Positions 37,662-50,639 of a stretch of 64,000 nucleotides of DNA are shown here, in pieces. A program made the translations under genes and the position numbers. Source of the DNA: Phoronis australis (Eukaryota > Animalia > Phoronida); the NCBI GenBank assembly GCA_002633005.1, contig NMRA01000292.1, positions 395,328-459,327 on the forward strand, written 5' to 3'. How positions within the stretch are numbered: position 1 is the stretch's first letter; each line of letters starts with the position of its first letter. The notes beneath the pieces were generated by a model that was not told where the DNA came from, did not search any database, and saw only the letters and a list, made by a program, of their open reading frames with translations.

Positions 37662-38949
37662 CTACAATCATGTAAAATGCATAATTAGCATATACAAGAA
37701 GTTCATTTAATCGTTCACTTAAGTTAAACAAATTCTCAATACGGTGTTCCTATATTTTGAATTGTCTATTTAACTATGTTTCACTATTTTACGAGAGAGT
37801 GGGGTTAGCTGTAATGCAGATTACCCTGGCTATACATATCTCTTAAACTAGCACTGTCTGCAGCCAAGGACCCTGATATGTGCAGTGACTTCTCATCCTT
37901 CTCAATGGAACCAGTCAATGAAAGTCAATGAACAAAGAACTTATTTAGACCATGTCAAATTATTTTGACCATGTCAAAAACACTTTGTCTCATATGTATT
38001 CAATAGTTTAAGGTATTGTGTAGGATCCTAGAAAAATTCCAAATTTACTTAACTGAGGAACATCATAGAGAAATGCCTGATCAAAAATAATGCTTTCAGG
38101 ATTATGGAAAAAATCAAAAGTTGAAAATAAAATGTTAAATAAGATAACTGAAATTCATCTTAAGCATTTATATAAAAGGACATTTGGTCACGTTATTGAT
38201 GCGATTGGCTTGCTATGAATGTACTTTTTCTTTTTCGCTAACTTAGTTTTAAAAATAGCCACATGGTTCGCCTACCGGATGTCAACCATTAGACTAAAAA
38301 AACGGAACATCTGTTCAGTATGTTAGTGAGCATTTCAAAGTGGCATTACTGGATTATATCAGGTCTGTGTTTTATTAATCGGGTGATGTGGCACGAAATT
38401 GTTGTTTGCTTATTATTCTATCCTAGGTTTTAATACAAATGGAGCTACTCCAGCGTTGGTCATGCTATTTTGATTTTTCTGGAAGTTTCTTCGCTGACAA
38501 TTGTACAACGACATTTCTGTCTTGACTCCTGGAGATACCTATATCAAGCAGTTTTCACCAGTAGCCGTTTTCCTTGATGAATGTAACTATTTGGAACTCT
38601 GAAGTACATCTCTTCATAATATTTTTTGTTTTAAGTTTTGCTTCCTTGTCTTCTATAGATGACAGTCTTTGTGCATTGCTTTGTGTTTAGCAAATAAAGC
38701 ACTGAATAGTGGTGAAATGTCTTGCAATTGCAAATGTATGGCCGGTTTAGGAAAGACATGGAGTCTCATTGGCGCATGTATTGTGGAAAATTGAACACGC
38801 TGTCACAATGGGTATGACGGACACTAACTGCACTGACATGACAGAGCACTGGATATGTGCAAAGTGTAAAATTTTTTACGACAAATAAGCCAAATTGTCA
38901 GATGAAACAGTTGGAGCTCTTACAGCCACTACTGTTCGGCAACGTCATC

Positions 38950-39182
38950 TGGGGCAAGACGGAAAGGATCATCTCTACTGCGCTTGCCTAATGACCCACG
39001 TACGGGTTCTTTGTCTCTGCAACTCTCATTTGTAATCCTGCGCATGTGCGATCCAGTCTCTCCAGCCCGCACTTTCCGTCTTGCCACAGTTAGTGAGTAG
39101 TGTGTGTAAACGGCCGCTTGACACGGGTCAATTTTCTCCGTGTCAGTTGCGCCTGGCCAAAAGTTGATGTCTAAACGGGACT
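38950..39182 (-). mobile_element. Partial copy of MITE family C (homologue of 49186-49592)
   Basis: Reverse-complement match to 49186-49400, including the end GTCTAAACGGGACT. Confidence 0.75.
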
Positions 39183-40459
39183 GTTCTGACTTGTGGAAGG
39201 ACTCCAGGAAAATCAGGACAACAAGAAGAGTTGCATATAAAGATCCTGTGAAAGTAACCACCGACACCATGAGCTTTTTGTGTGAACACTTCCATCCTAG
39301 TTTTACTGGCAACTATTTTACAAAGCATGGGAGTCTGAACGATGTGATAGCATTGGACTGCCTTAGGATGACTCTGCTAAGTTATGACTTCCAATTAAGT
39401 GTTGATTTCTGATTAGATCAACTCGTATGTCCATAAGCCTAGCAAAGACAATCAAGTAGTTATCCACGGGTTTTGTGCTTGACACTGGAATATTGGTACT
39501 CAAAATTTTATGACTTTTAGTCTTCGTGTTATCAAATAAACAAAACAAGCAGGCACACCAGCTGAGATGGCTTATTCATCTGTACTGGCTCTTGCTTATC
39601 TAACATGTATGTAATATGGCGAGACTTCAAAATAGTGCTCCCCATAAAGTCGGCAGTTTCCGCAATGGAATCTGTTTATAGCAGCTAGCTAGTCTCTGTG
39701 TCTGTTGTCCTCGGCCAACTATTGTTTCAATAATCCATGATCGAGCCTAACTCGGAATGCAGTGGCGGCGCAGCACTGAAAAAAGTGGGTGCTATAGCCC
39801 CAAAGCCCCCTATGCTCATGGAATGGGGGCATTTTTGGAAAGTACTAGGGTTACCAAAGCTGAGCGAAATTGGCTCTTATAGAGCAGATCCGAATTGCAC
39901 AGTGAAACTTAAATATCTAGCTATATTTACCGACGACGCCGCAATACCCGACGTTGGTACCTCGTTTCCGCACCGTTGAAATTCCACATGTTAATTGCTC
40001 TTGTGTTCTCTACAAAGTTTTCTCGACTGCGTTACTTTATTCTCCCTTCCAGTGGTAACGAAGTATTACTGCTGTGCTATGGGCTACAACTGGCGACGCA
40101 GAAAGTTAGACGAATTTGACAATTGTCCGTGGATGCACAATGTTATGTTCTCCGCCTTCAATACATCAATCAAAGACAAGAAAATACAGAGCGCTTACTA
40201 TGAGATTAATCTTGAACCCAAAAGAATCTCCTTTCTTGAAGATACCGTGTCAATGTCGATACTTTTAAACTGTTGAAATCGGGAACATTTTCGCGGCCGT
40301 ACATCTCTACAGGATCTGTGAAAATGTTCCTGACAGTCCAAAACTAGGCCAACGAAAGTGGCGTGCTTCCTTACCTACGCGGAAATGGGGAGTTCTATAG
40401 CTGTGTAATCCACGTCAGCCCTGTTTCACCTTACATGATGCAACAACCCTATTCTGAGG

Positions 40460-40575
40460 AAGCAATGTGGCCTAGTGTGATAGGTGCCCATCTTCTTTAC
40501 TCGAGGTCGTGGTTACGAGTCCCACTGGGCCACAATGTTAGACCCTTGAGTCAGGTTTCTAGCTCCTCAACTCCG
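40460..40575 (+). mobile_element. Degenerate tRNA-derived SINE head
   Basis: TGGCCTAGTG (A box) ... GGTTACGAGTCC (B-box-like), then a CCCTTGAG core-like motif. Confidence 0.45.
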
Positions 40576-40902
40576 TTTTAATTATATATTAATGAAGCAC
40601 AAAAATAGTTCCAGGTGATCAGTGCAATAGGCCCACATGCGCGGGCTGCATACGTCTGGTACAACGTGTATCAGACCGCCTGCAATTATTTTTTTAACAG
40701 CCCTATGTGCCACCAGCACCAAAGAATCTAATGTAACTGGATTCTTTCTGTTACTTAGACTGGTTTCTCTAACGACGACGGAAACGAGGACCAGTTAAAG
40801 GGCACGTGACTTGTGACTCAGTCAGTAAATGTCTATCGTGAAACAGGATGGTTTCCAAAAGTTACTGTGTTCTTGCAAGCAGCTAAACTTCATTCGCATT
40901 AC

Positions 40903-41101
40903 CTGTGTCGTTGTAGCAGACGACTGCAGCGTAATGATCTGACTTTGACTTTGCGCCAAAATCTGATATCGAGGCTCCAGGACAACTCGCTATGTTGGTT
41001 TCATTGCCAAAACATCTCGGCGTTTTCATGAAAACGTTGCGGTTCTCAGAATCGGAACCGATAGTTGCATTCCCCGTGACATATCCTAATTGTTTGCAGA
41101 C
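40903..41101 (-). CDS. Multi-SRCR receptor exon: SRCR1 second half
   Basis: tttcag|GTC...ACAG|gtaatg; phase 0 to 1; VCKQLGYVTG...PRCFGNETNIASC...AAVVCYNDT. Confidence 0.9.
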
Positions 41102-42339
41102 CTGAAACGACATTTTCAATGTTAAAGAGGACTGGAACGCAAAAAAACATAATTAATTGCGTTATTCAAAGTGGTTTCCTGCCACTGAAACGGAATTCAA
41201 TCTACCTATTCACGAGGTATTTTAAGTTTTTGCGTAAAAATTTTGAATTTATATTGATGTCAAAGCATTTTTCTTTTCTTTTAGTTTCAAATTTCAGAAG
41301 AATGGTCGTCACTTCGTCGATTTTTCTCCCACAAGGCAAAACAATGCTCCTTATTTGATATCACAAGACATGGACCTAGCGCATTTCCCTTATTTGGAAA
41401 ATGTGAACTTTGACCTTTCATGCAAACATGATAATGGTGAATTCAAGCAGCAACCCGATTAAGAGGCAATAGATGTTTAAAACTGGTTACAAAGGTATCA
41501 TAGTATTCAAAAATATTCTAAAAAGCACTTGGAATTCTCGTTGGAAATCTCTTGCCTCGCTACCTTGTCTCACCTTGTGCGAAGTGCGATCACGCATGAC
41601 AATCTGCCGTTAATATCCTACTTGTCAGCCAGTTGTTTGACTGATGACTGCGAGCGCATGCTCGCATTTATCATAAGTTGGAGGAAAATTAGAAATTCTG
41701 TGGTGACTATAAAGTTTTCTCTTGGCGCATAGTTAAAAATGTGTGAATTTTATGATTTTCGGGGAAATTCGCTCACAGGGGAAATTGAATAACTCTGCAG
41801 TAGAGATGGTACTTTTGCAAGGAATTGTTTAAAAGTCATTTTTACGAGCTTTCGTGTTCTATGCTCACCTCAAAAAAATCACCTCAAAATCTTTATAGTA
41901 ACCTGTTGCGTGAAATATATGTAAGAGTTTCAACTGCCATTATAAGTAAATAAATAGAATTCGCATACCAATCGGTAGAATATGAGTAATCAGTAGAAAA
42001 CTAGACCAAAGCAAATACACAGTTAGATGGCGATCCTAGTGGCGAAATGAATATGTAAGTCTCCATTCTCTGATGAACCCTTCAATCCAATAATCATACT
42101 ACTGGAGTAAAGTGGCGTATGTTTGATACCGAGAGATTCACAAGAAGCATGTCGAGACTATAAAAATGAATGTAATGCTATAAAAAGGACTGTCCGAAGA
42201 CTTCTCGTGTACAGTTCTGGGAAACCGCCACTGGAGATAGAGAAGAGGTGATTCATCTAAGAAATTCTCGGGACATAAAATGTAAGGGAGGACATGCTTT
42301 TGAAAGAGGAACAAATTAAGAGGAACACGTCTAGCCTAC

Positions 42340-42467
42340 CACTATAGCATCCGAACTTGTCCATCCTGAGTAGCTGACAGTTCCCCATACATCCGTGACC
42401 TCTGACACTTCTACACGCCCCCAGTGCGGACCAGCAGTGGGGTCATTCATTGTCAGTCGAACACTCA
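42340..42467 (-). CDS. Multi-SRCR receptor exon: SRCR1 first half (most 5' exon found)
   Basis: ttccag|...|gtaggc splice sites; phase 1 to 0; translates SVRLTMNDPTAGPHWGRVEVSEVTDVWGTVSYSGWTSSDAIV (VRL..GRVEV..WGTV..W..DA SRCR motif). Confidence 0.9.
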
Positions 42468-44449
42468 CTGGAATAAATATCGAGCACATTCAACACCCTC
42501 TTTATGTGTTTTTCAGTAAACATGCAAATAACAATGCAATGTCAAATCAACCAATAAACATTTAAACCGAAGACTATTACTTCACTAACACATACGTTTT
42601 GATGTGTGAGTGTGTTCGTGTCCGTAATAAGTACTAATTCACTTACTGTGGTACATTACTTTCAGGGTGATAGCTCCTCCATTCAGCAATTTAACTTACA
42701 ATTAGAGAAGTTCTCGGAAACTGTGTAAAGGATATCTCAAACCTTATTAATAAAAATTGGCCAATTCCATGTACAATACTTCACATCCGCCTAGCAAAAC
42801 ATCTTATCTTCAAATTCGAAATATGTACCATGTAGTGAGAAAAAAGAGATTTCGCAAAACCACCTTGGAACTGCAAAACTGTGTGGCAATTTATTTGCTA
42901 CTTATCAAAGGTCACTCAAATCGAATCTCCCGTTAGGCACAAAGACAACTCCGCATGTGCTCTCAGTCCTTTCATTCACCGAGTCGCAAAATATTGAGTC
43001 AACGACTTGTACACATAATAGAAAGACGCTGGGGAAAACGAAGACAAAACGTGGTTTTGATCCGGAGGGAGTTGTGTGTCTGCTTGCAGACGGCGGTTGA
43101 GAACGAATGCTACGAGTCGCCTCACGCCACTATGACTTTGTGTTCATGATCACAGGAAGTTGTGAAAAGAGATAAATTCTAATCCTAATTCCTTAGTTCG
43201 GGTAATCTGACATTTATTGTTTCGAATTCACGCTCACGACGTGCTTTAACCACCGACTCGATTTATGTTATCCAGTTCGCACTTGGGGTTTCGTATCAGT
43301 GCGTGTATGTCTAACATTGAACTGTTGACCTACTTTAAAATGAACCACAATGCACCAGCTTGAACAACTTAATATGTGGGCTCCGCCCGTGACCCAGTTG
43401 GACTTGATGCGTCGGAATTCCACTAAACGTTTTTGTTATAATAAAGTTAATCACGCACGGCAAATTGAGATGACATAGCGCGTGAATGTTGAGATAGTGA
43501 GCGCAGCCAAGGGATGTATAGGTTATATTGACTGAATACATACTCAGTAACAACAAAATTAATTTCTTTCTATATGGATGTCAAGAACTTAACTCAAACG
43601 AAAATATGGTTTTATTTGAAATAGTATCAGAATTTCTTTATAACATTAAATCTCTCTGTGTGAGTGGATAGAATTTTATACATCTGTATGAAAATAAATT
43701 ATTTTCATTCGTTGTCATATATCATTGTATTCTTAACATCAGTTTTTTTTATTTATGTATTTGTATATAATCATTGTATATAGACTTCTTTGTATTTTTT
43801 TACTCAGATCTAATGCCTCTTGGCGCTTTCTGGGTTATGTATATTCATTGTATTCTGAAGATTTCGTAATAAACATTAAAAAAAACTCAGTAATTAACCA
43901 AAGACCTTGAGACTTTCACCTCTAATGATTTAATCGGCTATTTCTCGGCTTCGGCAAATCTGTTTAATTTGAAATTAGGAATACAAGTTCTCAAAAACTG
44001 ATCGGTGGATTTCATTGAAACTTTCCACGCTTAATATTAAATCTATTAATCAATTTCAAATACTTTGTTGGGATTTTTGATATAAAGGCCTAATATGTGC
44101 GGAATGTAACAAAGACAAATACGACTGTTGTTTTTTACAAAAATACTATACGTTTTGCGAGCAGACTTGTCATAGAAACCAAACGAAAAAGGTATAGGCG
44201 GTGGGCCAAGTTTTGTGGGGCCTGTAGAAAATACTTTTTGTGAGTACTTTAGGGAGAGACGATTTTATTTTGGTGTTTTTTAATTCATTTATTAGTGTGT
44301 TTTCAAAATCTAAAAAGTTCCTTCATATAAAGTTGCACATTTTTTAGAAATTTGGATTTGAAGTTATGTAATAATTACCTAAGACCTTAGTGAACTTATA
44401 TTTGTAAACATAACAATCTTCCTACCTTATTTGTAAAGCAAGCAATCAG

Positions 44450-44850
44450 GGCCCGGTCTCTAATCTTTGTACTCGAAATGAACTCGAAACTATTTTTGGC
44501 AATTTCTCTGCTCCTTTTGTGCGAACTTAAGATAATTGATTATCAGACTGTGCTCGAATACATTATAGTTTATGCATAGGAGTTTCTAGTTCAAGTTTGC
44601 CCTTGAAGACTCTTATATTCGTGCTACAAACTCGAGTAAAAACTCGAAATTTCGAGTTCAAACTCAAACTTATTGCTTTAATATTGGGTTTACAAACTGT
44701 GAACTAAGGGCAATAAATTATCTACGTAAGTTATTGTGTACTCGAGCATAGAATAATAGACACTTATCTTGAGTTCGTCCAAAAGTAGAGTAGAAAATGC
44801 CAAACCTAATTTCGAGTTCCATTTCGAGAAAAAAGATTGGAGACCGGGCC
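44450..44850 (+). mobile_element. Harbinger-like MITE family A, copy 3
   Basis: CAG|GGCCCGGTCT...AGACCGGGCC|CAG. Confidence 0.9.
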
Positions 44851-45344
44851 CAGGTCTCATCAATATCATTGTATTTAACAATAATACACTCACATTACAT
44901 CACCTTTGTAGAAGAGTTGCAAGCAGTGAAATTTTAAAAATGTTAAGTGCCACCTAGTGGCAGAAATACGAACTAAATATGAATGTTACTATGAGGTTAT
45001 CATGGCATTGTCTGAGAAGCAAAATTACACAATACACCCAAGAGTGGTTTAAATATGTGTAAACCATTGAATAATGAAACAAAATACTATTTGTTCACAT
45101 GATATACCAGAAATATGCTGAACAAAAAAACAACAAAGCTGAATTATCTTTGTGAATTTGCACATGGACTGTATGAAAATACTAGGTTATTCTGACAGTG
45201 TCTAATAAGCAATCTAAGACAAATACATGCCAAAATAAATATTTTCTATGACTAATTCAACAAATAAAGTTCACAGCTCACACTTTTTTAATCGAAAAAT
45301 ATAACGTAATAACGGGTTGGAGACGCTGGCGGTCTATTTACGGT

Positions 45345-46853
45345 TCACTTAAAATATATCATCTTCATTGTCAGAAAACTGTCCAAAGTTATACAGTCAG
45401 TGTTGCTGATGTTACCACAGTAGTTCCAACTGCACATATCTGTACAGTTCAACCCATCATTGCAGCACAAATTCAGTTTCCTCGCACACATGTTCAATTT
45501 GCACTTGCAGCGTATATTGTTGACTACTGACAATGGAGCTGTGGGCATTGCCATACATTTTAACTGCAAAGCTCCACCGCCAAGGAGCCAACTATGGGCG
45601 ATCAGAGAGGGTACAGTACTGCGCACTGGTAATTGGTCCGTATGCACTGAAGCGTCAAACACTGTGTTCTTGTTTGGAGGCAGGCAGGATTCGGGCACAT
45701 ATTTGATTCAAAATATGTTATAATGGGTTGCGTTAATTGGTTTTTCAGCGAGTGAGTCATTGAACACCAGCCCCAAATCACTTTTGTATCTCTTAGTAGG
45801 GCACAAACTGCAGGTATAGTCTCAACGGTCGTTTCTTAAGATTGCCAGTCCAAATAACTTCATGCGCAACAGCTTTCTGAAGCATAATAGCAAATGACAT
45901 TTCCACATCTTAAAAGCTTTGATTCAATGAACAAAACTGTAGAAAAACATTTCTGAAACTTATGAATTCTTTACTCTTCCGGATTTCTAATTTTATAGCA
46001 TGACCTGTGGTTGTTAGCTTCTCAAACCACAAGGTCCTTATCCTTGAATTTCATTCGCATATTCAGGTCTCCGGACTGAACTGTGAGATGCAAGTCCAGC
46101 TGAAAATTTGCACTGTTAACACTAATTTGACATTTAACTACCAGTGTGCTGGTATGCAAAATTTTCAGACGGACTTGACAGGAATTGATTCACCACCATC
46201 CTAACACATTGACATGCCGTCTGATTCGTCGCCTAAAAATGTTGACCGTCTGACAATTAGATTAGTTGATGCGACTGAAAATAAGTCAGCTGATGTACCA
46301 ATGCAGTGATTGAAATTAATTTTTAATCAGATGATGATACCATTGTCAAAATATTTACAGAACGTTTGATAAAATGGGCATGATTACGACGGGGACGCCG
46401 GCCACTCGGGCAGCTACCTAATTGATTAATGTTTACAAAAAATGAGAAGAGGTTGCTTCTGTCTCAGGATTACGGCGGGGGATGACGGTCACTGCAACCA
46501 TCTACGCCATTTAACCTTCGTCAAAAATGCTTGATTTAAAATGCTTAAAATCCCACCCGCAGTATAACGCCATATGATTATCCCCTGGCGTAAGCAGTGT
46601 AAAAATGGCCAATAGTCGATTTGAGCAACGGCGAACTCCTTGAAAGACAATATTTCAACTGGGAATAAATAAAGAAATTAACGGCCTCCTAAGGCATCCC
46701 TCTAGTGCTCAAAAGGTATTTCTAAACTTATAGCAACATGACTTCGATGGTTTGATCAGTGTGATGTATAATTCGCCGAAAAGCTTCCGGCATATGGAGG
46801 ACCTCTACTGGGCCAGTTGAGACAGCACTATTGCCTAAGGCCTGAGTAGTCTA
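45345..46853 (-). mobile_element. Academ-like transposase remnant (C-terminal Cys-rich region) with a possible TAGAC terminus at 46853
   Basis: LPP...HSW...AP..V...RCKCK..C...CC..GLNCTDMC..CGN; minus-strand TAGACTACTC at 46853; the other end was not found. Confidence 0.55.
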
Positions 46854-49185
46854 GGGGCTGGACAAGCTAAAAGTTTTAAAACAACTGGTGAAAATACTGA
46901 ACACACTTGCAAAACACTAAGATGTACCTTACAAAAACACATTTTATTACCTGTTTTGTATTCAAAGCTAGAATGTTGTTCCTTCTTTCTCTTTCTTATA
47001 ATGTGGTCCATAACATATTTTTCTTGCTCGCAAATGATGCAATAAAGTGTCAGAATGTATGAACTTCATGTCAATTTGGTGTTTCAGATTTTGGAAGTCT
47101 AATTGATTTTCTTGGGAAATTTTGGGTAACATCTGTATCACTTTCAGCAGATTCAGCTTTACTACTACTGTTGAAACGTTGCTAGGTATTTTTCTATGCC
47201 TTTTCAATTTTTGTTGTGACGCTTAGGCTTCTAGTTCTATAGCAGTATAGCACAGTGGCGGATCTAGGATACCATAAGGGAGGGGGGCAACATGTTGTCT
47301 CGGGGTAAAGCGCGATTGTATGTGCAGCGCAGGCCCGAAGTTGCGGGAGCCGGATATGTGGAACTTCTGTTCGGAAAATCTACCGAATTTTTGCTTTTGT
47401 ATTGCATTCTGTGATGCATCCATGTCATTAAAATCAATAAAAAGAAAATAAATATATTCGATTCCGCCTTTATGCATTTTCACACAAAAGTGCCAATAAC
47501 AATTAATCAATAAAAGTAAACACTGGAGCCTAAATTTCACAAAAAAGCCGCTGCAACACCTAAATTTTGATTGGTGCTTTGTGCCAGTCGTTAGCCTTAC
47601 TAACCTGGTGAGGAACAGTTTCCGATAAACACTTACTAGCCAGAGATTGAACTTTCACTTCCACCAATTCTGGATAGTTTTGTCGCCATTGTCCTACTTT
47701 GGTGAATTTGTAAACTGTGAAAAGGCCCCTGTTTACAAACCTACGTCTATTATTAGTTATCATGAGGTCGAGACGGCATTTCAGTTTTAAAAGGGTATCA
47801 ACTCCAGTTTTGACCTATTAGCAGATACTAAAAGGACTTTACCATACAGTTCTCTGAAACAAAATAATGCTATTTAACACTCAACAACCCTTAAAAGCTT
47901 GGAGAAAAATTTGTAAACACCTTTCAAAGTCTGCCAAACGGGCAAGCGTGATCTACGGTTTCAGCGAATTACACGGCAACTGTAGGAAACGACCACCTAT
48001 CCAATCTGTGACGTAGGGAGTATGAGTTTTTAGTTGATTCCTGCCTTTAACTTGGAAGATGGAGGCCAATGATGCATTAACAGGTGACAGAACGAGGATT
48101 GGTGGAAATCATCAAAACTAGGTTTAGTATCACTTTAAGGTTCATGTGCCGAACATAAATTTTATTTCAAACAAACAATTTATAGGGAGACAGCAACTAT
48201 ACATGCAAATGCGCGAAGTTATGGTACAGGCACAGGTTTTTAAAACATGCGGTATGAGTGTGCGCTTTTAACAATGCTTTTGATCAATTTAATGACATCA
48301 TTTATCTAAAAAGCATTTACTAACTCACTGATCCTCGTAGAGAAGTTCATCAGATTTTATCCCCTTATCAAGGAGTGTATATGAACCTGCCAAACAACGT
48401 GCACCATGGTGTGTCCTAATCTTTAAGGAGCTCATTTCATAGCAAACTTCATTTCTACTATTAAGGATACCCTGGTCCTTGTTGCTACTCTAAAAATCGC
48501 TTTTCACGAACCATTTTACGCGAACTTTTAGTGTACTCACGTGACTGAATCAACTTAAAGATCGATAGTGCCACTATGAAGATCTCGTGAGCCCGCCACA
48601 TTGTAATATAACTTGATGGAAGTTGGTGACGCGATTTTACCTACGTTTAGCAATTGTCGGGGGACAACCAATCTTGCCACGATGATTGCTTTTTCTGTCA
48701 ATAACTAAAAAGGTTATATCCCCACCTTCCAGTTCATATAAACGACCTTTAACTTCATTCACCAATGTTGTGTCTTTGATACATAAAAGAGGCGAAAATG
48801 ATGTAATATTGATAAACATTTGGAGATATTTCACTAAGGGAGCTTTTTAATTTGTTTCCCTCAAATCCGCATTTTTGTTACATTGCCACTATTAATGGAT
48901 AAAAAATACCTCAATAGTCAACAGTAAAGTAATACAATATATAATTGCTTTGATGTCTTTGCCGGTTCCTCCATATGAAGACATATGAGTGGTGGGTAAG
49001 CCGAAAGTCGTCTTCTAGAACCCAACGGCAATAAAATGTCTTGGCTCGTTGTCCCAGGAGAACCAACGAAGCAATTCAAGTGACCCATTGTATTTTCAAA
49101 AATGTGTGGTAAAACGATGGCCTGACCACCAGAGCTTTGATCATTTTTGTCAAGGTAAATACAATTCCAAGGATTTACATCCTAT

Positions 49186-49592
49186 AGTCCCGTTTAGACA
49201 TAAACTTTTGGCCCGGCGCAACTGACACGGAGCAAGCGGCCGTTTACGCACACAACTCACTAACCGTGGCAAGACGAAAATTAAAGCTGGAGAGACTGTA
49301 TCGCACATGCGCAGGTTTACAAACGACGACATTTACAAAGACAAAGAACCCGTACGTAGGTCATTGCACAAGCGCAGTAGAGATGATCCTTTCCGCCTTA
49401 CTCCAATTTCACGTGTAGACTTATAATTGACACGGCGCAAGATGTTCGGGCGCAAATTACCCTACCTCACAAACGGGTGGCAAAAATTTGCCACAGCGGT
49501 GTCAATTTGCGCCGTGTCAGTCCGTTTACACATTGGAACAACTTGTTCCGTGTCAGCTGATCCGTGTCAACTTTGTAAGTGTAAACGGCACT
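49186..49592. mobile_element. Harbinger-like MITE family C
   Basis: AGTCCCGTTTAGAC...GTGTAAACGGCACT imperfect TIR; repeated TGACACGG/CCGTGTCA motifs. Confidence 0.7.
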
Positions 49593-50639
49593 TTGGTCAC
49601 AGTTATCGTACCCCCATAATTGCTCATTCATAGCAAGCATCCAATTTGTTACGTTGGCCGCACCTATGGGCATATAAATTACTTATTACGGTGTGTGTTT
49701 GATAACTCTGGTCTAAATCGATGTATGCATAACTGCGCACGCAAGCTAACAATACTCTTCTGGCCTCGTTTTCGTTAAAATATTTACAAGATAAATGTTA
49801 GCGCAAAACAGTTTTTTATTACACCTACTCCCAAGTGAGGTTCTTTCAACATGACATTTTTTAAATGTACTTTTTAACAACTTTATAAACAAGGTTTTGT
49901 AATTCTGATGGAAAACAGGTAACATGCTCCTGAAGCTGTGTGGCACCAAATTCACATTTCAAAAGCTTTGACAGACTGATTGTAAAACATGCATATTCAC
50001 ATTCGGCTGTGTTTTGCCAAAAGTTCCAATTTAAGAGGTTCTTTAGCCAACAACAGATTACATGGTGTAAACTGCTGACACCAAGGGAGAGGGTTAGGTA
50101 CGAATACGAGTGGCACAGAGTTTATGCGGGAATTATATTTTGTTTCGTTTGTTGATTAGTGGAGTTCTCTCTCCATACAATGAACGTACACAAAAGGTTA
50201 CACTGCACTGATTAGATCCTCAGCAATTTGATTACTTTTTTTTGGAAATAACCTGCGTGCAAAACATTCTATTGTGTGCTTTTTCATGATCAGATTTAAG
50301 ACGAACAACTTTAGTGGCGTAGTCTAAACTGTTTTAAAGGTATGGCGACGATGATGTTATTGTTGCTGCTGTTGTTATCATTATTATTGTCGTTTAACCA
50401 TTTTTAAGGCAAGCTGGCACTTAAAACACCATACAAGAGAAAAGCAAACTACCTAGTGAAATTACCCTCCCCCTCCCCCTCCCCCTCCCATCTCTTAGTT
50501 TCCGCAAAATATTATTCAGTCAGTCTCCCATGTAAACAATAGCTACGGTGCTGGTGGGAGCTTGGTACTTTTAATAATTGATCGATGCGGGCATTTACTA
50601 TTGAATTCCGCTAGACGAAACCATCATAGAAACTGTTTA

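Noticed and set aside
47787-48050. Short TTAA-flanked segment with weak inverted ends
   Set aside because: The TIR match is too short and gapped to distinguish from chance in AT-rich DNA.
48641-48704. Possible upstream exon of the SRCR gene (tttttag|TTATTG...|gtaggt or gtaaaa)
   Set aside because: The splice sites are plausible, but two frames are equally possible and neither shows a signal peptide or domain motif.
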